Of a DNA stretch of 64,000 bases, positions 52,375 through 62,386 are shown piece after piece. The notes beneath the pieces are model-generated. The model searched no databases. It was not told where the DNA came from and saw only the letters and a program-made list of their open reading frames with translations. The first letter of the stretch is position 1. Every line of letters begins with the position of its first letter. Position numbers and translations under genes: made by a program. Location: assembly GCF_056712565.1 (NCBI RefSeq), contig NZ_CM160072.1. One strand, written 5' to 3'.

Positions 52375-54591
52375 ACGTCCAACCGCCGCTTTAGGGCGTT
52401 TCTTCGCACCAGCATTCTGCAGGCGAGATTGCGTAGACGACGCTTTTTTTGCCGTAGCAGGCGTCTGACGCTGGGTCGCCATCGGCGTATGTTTAGTCAA
52501 CGCCGGACGGGTATTGCGGTTCTGGCGGCGAGCCTCACGCATCTCTTCAATGGTTGGCGCAGGCACTAAGCAATCGCGACGGCTGCCAATCAGATGCTTT
52601 TTGCCCATCGCTTCCAGCGCCTGGCGGATTAACGGCCAGTTTGCCGGATCGTGGTAACGCAACAACGCTTTATGCAGGCGACGCTGCTTGTCGCCCTTCG
52701 GTACGAAGACGTCTTCACTCTTATAACCAATCTTCGCCAGCGGGTTTTTGCCGGTGTAATACATGGTGGTCGAGTTAGCCAGCGGCGACGGATAGAAGTT
52801 CTGCACCTGGTCGAGGCGGAAGCGATGCTTTTTCAGCCATAGCGCCAGATTCACCATATCTTCATCACGCGTACCCGGGTGCGCGGAGATGAAATACGGG
52901 ATCAGATACTGTTCTTTACCTGCCTGTTTCGAGTAAGTATCGAACAGCTCTTTAAAGCGGTCATAGCTGCCCATGCCCGGCTTCATCATCTTCGATAACG
53001 GCCCTTCTTCGGTATGTTCCGGGGCAATCTTCAGATAACCGCCAACGTGATGGGTCGCCAGCTCTTTGATATAGCGCGGATCTTCTACGGCGATGTCATA
53101 ACGCACACCAGAGGCAATCAGGATCTTTTTAATGCCTTTCAGATCGCGCGCACGGCGATAGAGGTTAATCGTCGGTTCGTGGTTAGTGTCCATATGCGGA
53201 CAAATATCCGGATAAACGCACGACAAACGACGGCAGGTTTGCTCAGCGCGTGGCGATTTGCAACGCAACATATACATGTTGGCAGTAGGCCCACCGAGAT
53301 CGGAAATCACGCCCGTAAAACCTGGAACAGTGTCGCGGATCGCTTCGATCTCATTAATAATCGAATCTTCGGAACGGCTCTGAATAATGCGCCCTTCGTG
53401 CTCGGTAATAGAACAGAAAGAGCAGCCGCCAAAGCAGCCACGCATAATGTTGACCGAGAAACGAATCATTTCGTAAGCCGGAATTCGGGCATTACCGTAA
53501 GCCGGATGCGGCACGCGCTTGTACGGCAGCGCAAAGACGCTATCCATCTCTTCGGTAGAAAGCGGAATAGCAGGCGGGTTGATCCATACATAGCGGTCGC
53601 CATGTTTTTGCATCAATGCGCGGGCGCAGCCTGGGTTAGTTTCGTGGTGCAGAATGCGCGAAGCATGGGCGTACAGCACTTTATCGCCCTTCACTTTCTC
53701 GAAAGAAGGCAGCAACACGTAGGTTTTTTCCCACGGTTTCGGGCGTGGTGGCTGCACGGTTACAGCTTTGGCTTCCTGCTTTTTCGGAGCTACCGGTTTG
53801 TTATCCGCGCACGGCAAATCTTCGCCATACGGATGCGGGATTGGGTCGATTTTCCCTGGGGTATCAAGACGGGTGGAATCCACACCGCTCCAGCCAGGCA
53901 ACGCCTCTTTTACGATAATCGCGGTATTACGCACATCGCGGATTTCACTAATCGGCTCGCCCATCGCCAGACGGTGCGCCACTTCCACCAGCGGACGCTC
54001 ACCGTTACCAAACATCAGCATGTCGGCTTTCGAATCCACCAGCACGGAACGGCGCACGGTATCCGACCAGTAATCATAGTGCGCGGTACGGCGCAGGCTG
54101 GCCTCAATACCGCCGAGGATCACCGGCACATCTTTCCACGCCTCTTTACAACGTTGGGTATAAACCAGTGTGGCGCGATCCGGACGCTTACCCGCGACAT
54201 TATCTGGCGTGTAGGCATCGTCATGACGTAAACGGCGATCGGCGGTATAGCGGTTGATCATCGAGTCCATGTTGCCAGCAGTAACACCGAAAAACAGATT
54301 CGGTTTACCCAGACGCATGAAATCGTCTTTACTGCTCCAGTCTGGCTGAGCGATGATCCCCACGCGAAAGCCCTGCGCTTCCAGCATACGACCACAAATC
54401 GCCATCCCGAAGCTTGGGTGATCAACATACGCATCACCTGTTACCAAAATGATGTCGCAGCTATCCCAGCCAAGTTGATCCATCTCTTCACGTGACATCG
54501 GCAAAAACGGTGCCGGTCCAAAACAGGCGGCCCAGTACTGCGGCCAGGAGAACAGGTCGCGATCCGGTTGGATCAGGGAGATAGAGCTCAT
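52372..54591 (-). CDS. ygiQ: UPF0313 radical SAM protein, 739 aa
   Basis: CxxxCxxC radical-SAM motif (CFGGCSFC); 739 aa. Confidence 0.9.
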   Translation of the reverse strand: MSSISLIQPDRDLFSWPQYWAACFGPAPFLPMSREEMDQLGWDSCDIILVTGDAYVDHPSFGMAICGRMLEAQGFRVGIIAQPDWSSKDDFMRLGKPNLFFGVTAGNMDSMINRYTADRRLRHDDAYTPDNVAGKRPDRATLVYTQRCKEAWKDVPVILGGIEASLRRTAHYDYWSDTVRRSVLVDSKADMLMFGNGERPLVEVAHRLAMGEPISEIRDVRNTAIIVKEALPGWSGVDSTRLDTPGKIDPIPHPYGEDLPCADNKPVAPKKQEAKAVTVQPPRPKPWEKTYVLLPSFEKVKGDKVLYAHASRILHHETNPGCARALMQKHGDRYVWINPPAIPLSTEEMDSVFALPYKRVPHPAYGNARIPAYEMIRFSVNIMRGCFGGCSFCSITEHEGRIIQSRSEDSIINEIEAIRDTVPGFTGVISDLGGPTANMYMLRCKSPRAEQTCRRLSCVYPDICPHMDTNHEPTINLYRRARDLKGIKKILIASGVRYDIAVEDPRYIKELATHHVGGYLKIAPEHTEEGPLSKMMKPGMGSYDRFKELFDTYSKQAGKEQYLIPYFISAHPGTRDEDMVNLALWLKKHRFRLDQVQNFYPSPLANSTTMYYTGKNPLAKIGYKSEDVFVPKGDKQRRLHKALLRYHDPANWPLIRQALEAMGKKHLIGSRRDCLVPAPTIEEMREARRQNRNTRPALTKHTPMATQRQTPATAKKASSTQSRLQNAGAKKRPKAAVGR

Positions 54592-54842
54592 TTTGCTTCC
54601 AGAAATGGTAAAAAAATAATCAAAGGCCGGGGATTATACGCTGTATCACACGCGGAAATGAAGTGATGTTGATGAACGGTGGCGAAATACCCTGGTGAGG
54701 TTTTTCACTGCCCGACTTGGGCAAGCACATTTAAGGCTGGCGGTATCGTGGCAACTGCCGCTACTATTTATGCCGATCAGCAACGTTCAAATCATATTGC
54801 ACGACGATCGGCTATCCGAGGACACCCACAGTAAGGCAAGGT

Positions 54843-55592
54843 ATGGAACAGGTTATTACAAAGCGCCGCTATTACGATATTGGTCTACAGATTGAAGAGC
54901 TGCTGTATTCAGGCGTATTTAAGGCCGGAGAACGCTTACCTTCAGAACGTGAACTGAGCGAGCGGTTTAATACCAGCCGAACTACCATTCGTGAAGCCAT
55001 CATTATGCTGGAACTGAAAGGCGTATTGAATGTGAAGCAAGGGTCAGGGATTTTCTTTGTCGACTCCACCGATAAGCTCAACCAGAAATCATTAATGCCC
55101 TATTCAGAAATTGGCCCGTTTGAACTGTTACAGGCACGTCAGGTAATTGAGAGCAATATTACCGGTTTTGCAGCCAGCCAGATTAGCTTTAACGAGTTAC
55201 AAGAGTTAAAGAAAATCATTAGTTTGCAGGAAAACGCTATCGCTGCGGAAAGTGATAGATTTGAAGACCTGGATCACCGATTTCATAGCATTATTGCCGA
55301 AGCGACGCAAAATCGGGTACTCATCAAACAAGCTGCTGAATTATGGCGGGCAGTTCGTACAGAAAACCCCCGCTGGAAGAAACTTAACTACAAGTACCTG
55401 CATGAAAAGCATTTGCGTCTGCAATGGCTGGAAGATCACCGGGCTATTTTCCTGGCTCTGCAACAGAAAGATTCAGAGCTCGCCAGGGAAGCGTCCTGGA
55501 GACATCTGGAAAACAGCAAAAATGAACTGATCAAAATCTTCAAACAAGACGCTTCCATCAGCGATTTTGATGACTTTTTCTTCGCTCGTTAA
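54843..55592 (+). CDS. GntR/FadR-family transcriptional regulator, 249 aa
   Basis: N-terminal winged HTH (LPSERELSERFNTSRTTIREAI) and C-terminal FCD-like helical domain. Confidence 0.85.
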   Translation: MEQVITKRRYYDIGLQIEELLYSGVFKAGERLPSERELSERFNTSRTTIREAIIMLELKGVLNVKQGSGIFFVDSTDKLNQKSLMPYSEIGPFELLQARQVIESNITGFAASQISFNELQELKKIISLQENAIAAESDRFEDLDHRFHSIIAEATQNRVLIKQAAELWRAVRTENPRWKKLNYKYLHEKHLRLQWLEDHRAIFLALQQKDSELAREASWRHLENSKNELIKIFKQDASISDFDDFFFAR

Positions 55593-55856
55593 CCTTCATT
55601 AGTCCAGAGCTGGCGGGAAAAATAACGCCGGCTCTGCCTTTCGCCCTCCACTGGTACACGCTCTCTTTTTAATTGGTCTAATAAATCGACTATCATCAGA
55701 TATCTTAGATTAGCGGCAATTATCCTAAAAACTGACCTCTAAAAAACTTTCCTTTCATTTTATTCATATAACTCATTGATACAGATATAAATAACGCCTT
55801 GTTGTTCTGTTTCGTACTTTTACCTTTCTCTGCAAGCGTGATGCATCTCTCTGTTT

Positions 55857-55886
55857 TTGGTCTAGTGAATTATGCAAATTGGTCTA
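55857..55886. promoter_or_regulatory. Two direct TTGGTCTA repeats 22 bp apart, upstream of oxidoreductase operon (third copy at 55673-55680)
   Basis: Exact 8-mer at 55857-55864 and 55879-55886, ending 29 bp before the ATG at 55915; GT...AC-type core typical of GntR/FadR operators. Confidence 0.45.
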
Positions 55887-55914
55887 CACACAAGTCGTCA
55901 GGAGTAAGAGCATA

Positions 55915-57387
55915 ATGTCAGGGAACGAAAGTATCGCTGCCGCCCACTATGATCAGGTAACCACCTGGCCTCGGGACGGGTTACAGGCAGATATTGTCCA
56001 TATTGGTTTTGGCGCTTTTCATCGCGGACACCAGGCTGTCTACACGGATCTCGCTAATCAACTTTCGGACACCCGCTGGGGGATCTTTGAGATCAACCTG
56101 TTTGGTGATGCTCAACTGATCGAAAACTTAAATGCGCAAAATGGGCTGTTTTCGGTTGTGGAAACATCTGCATCGCAATCTACCTCACGCCTTGTGCGTT
56201 CGGTGGCTGGCGGTATTCATACCCCCAGAGATGGCATTGCCGCAGCAATCCATAAACTGGCTGAACCTCAGGTAAAAATCGTTTCATTAACTATCACCGA
56301 GAAAGGCTATTGTCTCGATCCGCAAACGCGATCACTTGATCTCACCAATGGATTAATCAACCACGATCTACAAAATCCGGATGCGCCTCAGTCGGCTATT
56401 GGCGTGATCGTCTGTGCTTTGCAACAACGTAAAGCGGCAGGACTCGCCGCTTTTAGTGTGCTCTCCTGTGACAACTTGCCAGACAATGGGCATCTGACGC
56501 GCAATGCCGTTCTCGGTTTTGCCCGACAACTGGACCAGCCCCTGGCTCAGTGGATCGAAGAAAATGTCTCATTTCCAGGCACGATGGTCGATCGCATTGT
56601 TCCGGCAATGACTGAATCGCAATTCGCCTTACTGGAAACTAAAACCGGTTATGCCGATCCCTGCGGGATCGTCTGCGAATCATTTCGTCAGTGGGTTATC
56701 GAAGATAATTTTGTGCGCGGACGACCGGAATGGGATAAAGCCGGCGCGATGTTTGTCAGCAATGTTCAGCCTTATGAAGAGATGAAGTTACGCATGTTAA
56801 ATGGTAGCCATTCATTTCTGGCTTATAACGGCTCACTGGCTGGCTATGAGTTTATCTGGCAATGCATGGAAGACGCTAATTTTCGTTCCATTACCCACCA
56901 ACTGATGATTAATGAACAAGCCCGAACACTTAATCCAGACTTAAATATCAACATCCAGGAATACGCCGACCTGTTAATTGAACGCTTTAGCAACCGTAAC
57001 GTTGCACACCGTACCGGGCAAATAGCCATGGACGGTTCACAAAAGCTTCCCCAGCGTGCACTGACGCCCTGGCTGAAATTGCATCAGCAAAAACAAAACA
57101 ATGCTGTTCTGTCACTGCTCGTTGCTGGTTGGTTGCATTATGTCATTGATGCTGTTGAGAAAAGCCAGTCTGTCGCTGATCCAATGAATGACCAATTTCA
57201 GGCGCTAATAAAGGAACAACAAGACGCATGGCAACAGGCGCTCGCATTACTGCACCTTAGCGCCATATTTGGTGATTTAAGCAACCATCAGCCATTTATA
57301 AATGAAATAAAAATCGCCTTTGCGAATATAAAAAACAAAGGCATCAAGGCCACCATCAGCCAATTATTATCGGATGAGCAGAAATGA
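55915..57387 (+). CDS. Mannitol-dehydrogenase-family (long-chain) sugar-acid oxidoreductase, fructuronate/mannonate reductase-like, 490 aa
   Basis: Start at ATG 55915 with aggag RBS; N-terminal HIGFGAFHRGHQA motif typical of UxuB/MtlD family. Confidence 0.85.
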   Translation: MSGNESIAAAHYDQVTTWPRDGLQADIVHIGFGAFHRGHQAVYTDLANQLSDTRWGIFEINLFGDAQLIENLNAQNGLFSVVETSASQSTSRLVRSVAGGIHTPRDGIAAAIHKLAEPQVKIVSLTITEKGYCLDPQTRSLDLTNGLINHDLQNPDAPQSAIGVIVCALQQRKAAGLAAFSVLSCDNLPDNGHLTRNAVLGFARQLDQPLAQWIEENVSFPGTMVDRIVPAMTESQFALLETKTGYADPCGIVCESFRQWVIEDNFVRGRPEWDKAGAMFVSNVQPYEEMKLRMLNGSHSFLAYNGSLAGYEFIWQCMEDANFRSITHQLMINEQARTLNPDLNINIQEYADLLIERFSNRNVAHRTGQIAMDGSQKLPQRALTPWLKLHQQKQNNAVLSLLVAGWLHYVIDAVEKSQSVADPMNDQFQALIKEQQDAWQQALALLHLSAIFGDLSNHQPFINEIKIAFANIKNKGIKATISQLLSDEQK

Positions 57388-58400
57388 AAACATTAATTTG
57401 TCAGCAGCCTGGCGTTATGGAATATGTGGAAAAGGATATTCCCACACCAGCAGATAATGAAGTGCTGTTAAAAATCAAAGCTGTGGGTATTTGTGGTACG
57501 GATATTCACGCTTTTGCCGGCAGACAGCCTTTTTTTAGCTACCCACGTGTATTAGGTCATGAAATATGCGCCGAAGCGGTTTCGCGAGGCAGCCAGTGCC
57601 AAACAGCACAATCAGGCCAGCGCTATTCCGTCATCCCATGCATTCCGTGTGGCGAGTGCGCAGCCTGTCGGGAAGAGAAAACGAACTGTTGCGAACGTGT
57701 TTCGCTGTATGGCGTGCATCAGGATGGGGGTTTTAGTGAGTACCTTGCGGTACGTGAAGACAACCTTGTGCCTCTCCCTGACGAGGTCAGCGACAGTGCC
57801 GGAGCATTGGTTGAATGTTTCGCCATTGGTGCACATGCCGTTCGTCGGGCAGAGATCAAGGCTGAACAAAACGTACTGGTGATTGGCGCTGGGCCAATCG
57901 GTCTGGCTACCGCAGCCATCGCCAGGGCTAAAGGGGCACATGTTGTTGTTGCTGATATTGACTGTCAACGTCGCCAGCACGTTGTGGATCATCTGGCAAT
58001 TAATGTCTTCGACCCAACACAGGAAGGTTTTATTGCCGCGCTTAGTGAAGTGTTTGGCGGCGAACTGGCTTGCGTAGTCCTGGATGCGACGGGAAATAAA
58101 GCTTCAATGAGTCATGATGTCAATCTTATTCGTCATGGCGGCAAAATTGTTTTCATCGGTTTGTATATTGGTGAACTTGTTATTGACGATCCGACCTTCC
58201 ATAAAAAAGAGACAACGTTACTCAGCAGCCGCAATGCCACACGGGAAGATTTTGCGTTGGTGATTGAACTGATGCGCAGCAATAAAATTCACGAAAATTT
58301 AATGAAAAACCAGGCGTTCAATTTCTTTAGTGTTGGCGAAGATTACCAGCGTAACGTTGTAGAAAATAAAAATATGGTCAAGGGTGTGATCACTTTTTAA
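57384..58400 (+). CDS. Zn-dependent medium-chain dehydrogenase (L-gulonate/L-idonate 5-dehydrogenase-like, RspB-like), 338 aa
   Basis: GHE catalytic-zinc motif, Cys-rich structural zinc site (CIPCGECAACREEKTNCC), GAGPIGL Rossmann motif; start overlaps upstream stop (ATGA). Confidence 0.85.
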   Translation: MKTLICQQPGVMEYVEKDIPTPADNEVLLKIKAVGICGTDIHAFAGRQPFFSYPRVLGHEICAEAVSRGSQCQTAQSGQRYSVIPCIPCGECAACREEKTNCCERVSLYGVHQDGGFSEYLAVREDNLVPLPDEVSDSAGALVECFAIGAHAVRRAEIKAEQNVLVIGAGPIGLATAAIARAKGAHVVVADIDCQRRQHVVDHLAINVFDPTQEGFIAALSEVFGGELACVVLDATGNKASMSHDVNLIRHGGKIVFIGLYIGELVIDDPTFHKKETTLLSSRNATREDFALVIELMRSNKIHENLMKNQAFNFFSVGEDYQRNVVENKNMVKGVITF

Positions 58401-58410
58401 GGGAACAAAT

Positions 58411-59421
58411 ATGACAACTGTTTATGTCAGTGAAGAAAATTTAAAATCACTGGTGCACCACAAATTACATACCGCCGGGCTGGATACCGACACCATACAA
58501 CAGGTGACAGATGTTTTAGTACATGCCGATATTACCGGTGTGCATTCACATGGTGTTATGCGTGTCGAACATTATTGCACCCGCCTTGCTGCCGGAGGGT
58601 TAAATAAAGCCCCGCAGTTTAGCATTGAGCAAATTTCACCGTCAGTGGCCATTCTCGACTCTGACGACGGAATGGGGCATTCCGCATTAATTAGCGCCAC
58701 TGAGCACGCTATTAAACTGGCCCAGCAAGAGGGCCTCGGTTTTGTTAGCGTTAAAAACACGTCTCACTGTGGTGCGTTATCTTATTTTGCAGAGATGATC
58801 ACCCACAAAGGGTTGGTTGCTATCGTAATGACGCAAACCGATACCTGTGTGGCTCCCCATGGCGGCGCCGAGCGCTTTTTGGGAACTAACCCCATCGCCT
58901 TTGGTTTCCCGGTGGAAAACAGCCATCCGATGATTGTTGATATGGCGACCAGTGCCACGGCTTTCGGCAAAATACTTCATGCAAAGGAAACCGGAAAACA
59001 TATTGGTGAAGGGCTGGCGATAGATAAAAACGGTTATGGCACCACTGATCCGTATAAGATTGAAAACCTGCTACCTTTCGGCCAACACAAAGGTTCAGGC
59101 ATTGCACTGGCTATTGATGCACTGACTGGCGTGCTGATGAATGCGAATTTTGGCAACCATATTGTTCGCATGTATGGTGATTATGACAAGATGCGTAAGC
59201 TGGCAAGTTTGGTTATTGCCATCGATCCGAAAAAGCTCGGCAATCCTGTTTTTGCAAAAACTATGGCGAAAATGGTCACGGAGCTGCATGCCGTTAAACC
59301 GGCTCCTGGTGTCGAAAAAGTGTTAGCGCCGAACGATCCGCAAATGCACTACAAAGAAAAATGCCAACAGGAAGGTATTCCGGTTCCGGCAGGAATATTC
59401 CATTATCTGGCAGAGAATTAA
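58411..59421 (+). CDS. Ldh_2-family (malate/L-lactate dehydrogenase type 2) oxidoreductase, YiaK/AllD-like, 336 aa
   Basis: Conserved HSHGV motif and overall Ldh_2 fold character. Confidence 0.8.
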   Translation: MTTVYVSEENLKSLVHHKLHTAGLDTDTIQQVTDVLVHADITGVHSHGVMRVEHYCTRLAAGGLNKAPQFSIEQISPSVAILDSDDGMGHSALISATEHAIKLAQQEGLGFVSVKNTSHCGALSYFAEMITHKGLVAIVMTQTDTCVAPHGGAERFLGTNPIAFGFPVENSHPMIVDMATSATAFGKILHAKETGKHIGEGLAIDKNGYGTTDPYKIENLLPFGQHKGSGIALAIDALTGVLMNANFGNHIVRMYGDYDKMRKLASLVIAIDPKKLGNPVFAKTMAKMVTELHAVKPAPGVEKVLAPNDPQMHYKEKCQQEGIPVPAGIFHYLAEN

Positions 59422-59493
59422 TCACTATTTTTTATTATAACGATAGAAAAGCGCTGTATTTATCGTTTCTGTTATATTAACCAGGAGCAGGAT

Positions 59494-60477
59494 ATGAAAG
59501 CACTTCGTCCTCTGACGGCATCGCTTATGCTGTTAACCAGTTGTTTATTAATATCTAATACCACACTGGCAAAAACAACATTAAAACTGAGTCATAATCA
59601 GGATAAAAGCCATGCTGTCCATAAAGCATTAAGCTATTTAGCGGATAAAACCAAAGAGTATTCTAATGGTGAATTAGTTATTCGCATTTACCCAAATGCG
59701 ACATTAGGTAATGAGCGTGAATCACTGGAATTAATGAACTCCGGTGCATTACAGATGGTTAAGGTTAATGCCGCATCACTAGAATCATTTGCTCCGGATT
59801 ACAGCCTTTTCAGTCTGCCGTTCTTATTCCGCGACCGTGATCACTATTATCGTGTTCTGCAAAGTGATTTAGGTAAAAAAATACTTAATTCATCAGAAAG
59901 AAAAGGTTTTGTTGGTATTACGTACTATGACGGCGGTGCGAGAAGTTTTTATTCCAATAAACCGATTACAAAACCTGAAGATTTAGCGGGAATGAAAATC
60001 AGGGTTCAACAAAGCCCCAGCGCCATTGCAATGATGAAAGCACTCGGTGGTGTCGCTACCCCGATGGCGCAAGGCGAACTCTACACCGCACTTCAGCAAG
60101 GTGTGGTTGATGGCGGAGAGAACAATACCGTTGTCTATGCCGATATGCGTCACGCCGAAGTCGCAAAAGTCTATTCACGTGATGAACACACCATGGTACC
60201 TGATGTGTTAATTATCAGCACCGACGTGTTGAATAAACTTGGTGATAAAGAGCGCACGGCATTATTAAAAGCAGCCGATGAGTCAATGATGCAGATGAAG
60301 GACGTCATTTGGCCTGCGGCTGAAAAAGAAGCCTACGACAAAATGAAAGGGATGAACGCAACAGTTGTTGATGTTGATAAATCCGCTTTCAAAGAACGCG
60401 TCAAACCGTTATACGATGAATTCAAGGCGAAAGATGCACAATCAGCCAAAAACCTTGAGCTAGTAGAAAGTATGTAA
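59494..60477 (+). CDS. TRAP transporter solute-binding protein (DctP family) with signal peptide, 327 aa
   Basis: Signal peptide; DctP-family length and sequence character. Confidence 0.85.
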   Translation: MKALRPLTASLMLLTSCLLISNTTLAKTTLKLSHNQDKSHAVHKALSYLADKTKEYSNGELVIRIYPNATLGNERESLELMNSGALQMVKVNAASLESFAPDYSLFSLPFLFRDRDHYYRVLQSDLGKKILNSSERKGFVGITYYDGGARSFYSNKPITKPEDLAGMKIRVQQSPSAIAMMKALGGVATPMAQGELYTALQQGVVDGGENNTVVYADMRHAEVAKVYSRDEHTMVPDVLIISTDVLNKLGDKERTALLKAADESMMQMKDVIWPAAEKEAYDKMKGMNATVVDVDKSAFKERVKPLYDEFKAKDAQSAKNLELVESM

Positions 60478-60518
60478 CCCTAATGGGCAGGTAATTCCTG
60501 CCTTTTCATGGAAGACTT

Positions 60519-61001
60519 ATGCGAACACTCACTCATATTCTTAATAAGATCCTTGCCGGATGTTGCTGCATTATTCTCGCCATTATGGTGTTCTGCGTAA
60601 CCTGGCAAGTTATTGCACGTTTTATTTTTAACGCTCCCAGCACTGTGCTTGATGAGTTCACCCAGATTTTATTTATGTGGATGATTTTGCTTGGCGGTGT
60701 ATATACTGCGGGTTTAAAAAAACATCTGGCCATTGATTTGTTGGCTCAAAAACTTCCGGCTGCATCTGTTCTGACGCTTGACAGTTTTATCCAAATTATT
60801 ATTACGGTCTTTGCGGTTATTTTCATGATCTATGGCGGGAATATTGTTGTTGAAAAAGCACAACATGTTGGACAAATCTCTCCAGTATTAAAATGGCCAA
60901 TGGATAAAGTATATTGGGTTATGCCTGTCAGTGGGCTTATTCTGGTCTGGTATTCAGTAATGAATATTATTGACAACTATCGTAAACGGAATTCTCATTA
61001 A
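60519..61001 (+). CDS. TRAP transporter small permease (DctQ family), 160 aa
   Basis: Four-TM small membrane protein between DctP-like and DctM-like genes. Confidence 0.85.
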   Translation: MRTLTHILNKILAGCCCIILAIMVFCVTWQVIARFIFNAPSTVLDEFTQILFMWMILLGGVYTAGLKKHLAIDLLAQKLPAASVLTLDSFIQIIITVFAVIFMIYGGNIVVEKAQHVGQISPVLKWPMDKVYWVMPVSGLILVWYSVMNIIDNYRKRNSH

Positions 61002-61011
61002 CGAGGGAAAT

Positions 61012-62316
61012 ATGGAATTTGAATATATCTACCCCGTCTTAATTTTATTTGGCAGTTTTGCCGTCATGCTGGCAATAGGTGTGCCAATTACTTTTGCGAT
61101 TGGTCTTTCTTCGCTGTTATCTATTATTACTGCCTTGCCACCCGATGCCGCCATTTCTGTTATTTCACAAAAAATGACTGTAGGGCTGGATGGCTTTACG
61201 CTATTAGCCATTCCCTTCTTCGTGTTAGCCGGAAACATTATGAATACCGGTGGTATAGCCAGACGACTGGTTAACCTGGCGCAAGCATTAGTTGGGCGTC
61301 TTCCTGGCTCACTGGCTCATTGTAATATCCTCGCGAATACACTGTTTGGTGCGATTTCAGGTTCAGCCGTTGCGTCAGCCGCAGCGGTAGGTGGGATTAT
61401 GTCACCACTGCAAGAAAAAGAGGGATATGATCCGGCGTTTTCAGCAGCGGTTAATATTGCCTCTGCCCCCATTGGCCTGATGATCCCACCGAGCAATGTG
61501 TTGATTGTTTATTCCCTCGCCAGTGGCGGGACTTCTGTCGCTGCGTTGTTCTTAGCTGGATATCTGCCGGGCATCCTCACCGCTGTTGCCTTAATGTTTG
61601 TAGCTGCACTTTATGCACGACGTCACCATTACCCAGTGGCCGAACGCATCAATTACCGTCAGTTTTTACAGGTATTCCGCGAATCAATTCCTAGCCTGAT
61701 GCTTATTTTTATCATTATTGGCGGTATTATCGCAGGGGTATTTACGCCCACAGAAGCATCAGCAATAGCGGTAATTTATAGTTTAGCCCTGGCGATGATT
61801 TACCGGGAAATCACTCTTAAGAAGCTCAATGATATTCTGTTAGATTCGGTAGTAACCAGTTCAATTGTTCTGTTACTGGTAGGCTGTTCAATGGGAATGT
61901 CATGGGCCATGACGAATGCTGATGTTCCTGAGTTGATCAACGAACTGATTACCCGCGTTTCGGATAACAAATGGGTCATTCTGTTTATTATCAATATCAT
62001 TCTGTTGATCGTCGGTACCTTTATGGATATCACGCCGGCGATCCTGATATTTACACCTATTTTCCTGCCGATCGCCCAGCATCTGGGGATTGATCCGATT
62101 CACTTCGGCATAATTATGGTTTTCAACTTAACCATTGGCCTTTGCACACCACCTGTCGGCACCATTCTGTTTGTGGGGTGCAGCATTGGTAAGGTCAGTA
62201 TCGACAGGGCAATAAAACCATTACTGCCGATGTTTCTGGCATTGTTTGTAGTAATGGCAATTATTTGTTATTTCCCGCAGCTTAGTCTGATGCTGCCAGG
62301 ATTATTTTCGACCTGA
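61012..62316 (+). CDS. TRAP transporter large permease (DctM family), about 434 aa
   Basis: ORF 60970..62316 trimmed to ATG 61012 (MEFEYIYPVL) with gaggga RBS; 12-TM DctM-like protein. Confidence 0.85.
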   Translation: MEFEYIYPVLILFGSFAVMLAIGVPITFAIGLSSLLSIITALPPDAAISVISQKMTVGLDGFTLLAIPFFVLAGNIMNTGGIARRLVNLAQALVGRLPGSLAHCNILANTLFGAISGSAVASAAAVGGIMSPLQEKEGYDPAFSAAVNIASAPIGLMIPPSNVLIVYSLASGGTSVAALFLAGYLPGILTAVALMFVAALYARRHHYPVAERINYRQFLQVFRESIPSLMLIFIIIGGIIAGVFTPTEASAIAVIYSLALAMIYREITLKKLNDILLDSVVTSSIVLLLVGCSMGMSWAMTNADVPELINELITRVSDNKWVILFIINIILLIVGTFMDITPAILIFTPIFLPIAQHLGIDPIHFGIIMVFNLTIGLCTPPVGTILFVGCSIGKVSIDRAIKPLLPMFLALFVVMAIICYFPQLSLMLPGLFST

Positions 62317-62349
62317 TACACAATGAAGACTGCATACTGAGTAATTTTC

Positions 62350-62376
62350 AATGCCCCACCACTCTGTGGGGCATTG
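62350..62376. terminator. Hairpin (aatgcccca ccactctg tggggcatt) between convergent TRAP operon and ftsP
   Basis: 9-bp perfect inverted repeat in the 70-bp convergent spacer. Confidence 0.5.
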
Positions 62377-62386
62377 AATTGGTCCA

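Noticed and set aside
53014..54231. 405-aa + strand ORF antisense to ygiQ
   Set aside because: Lies entirely opposite the radical-SAM gene ygiQ; no start context; Arg-rich low-complexity translation
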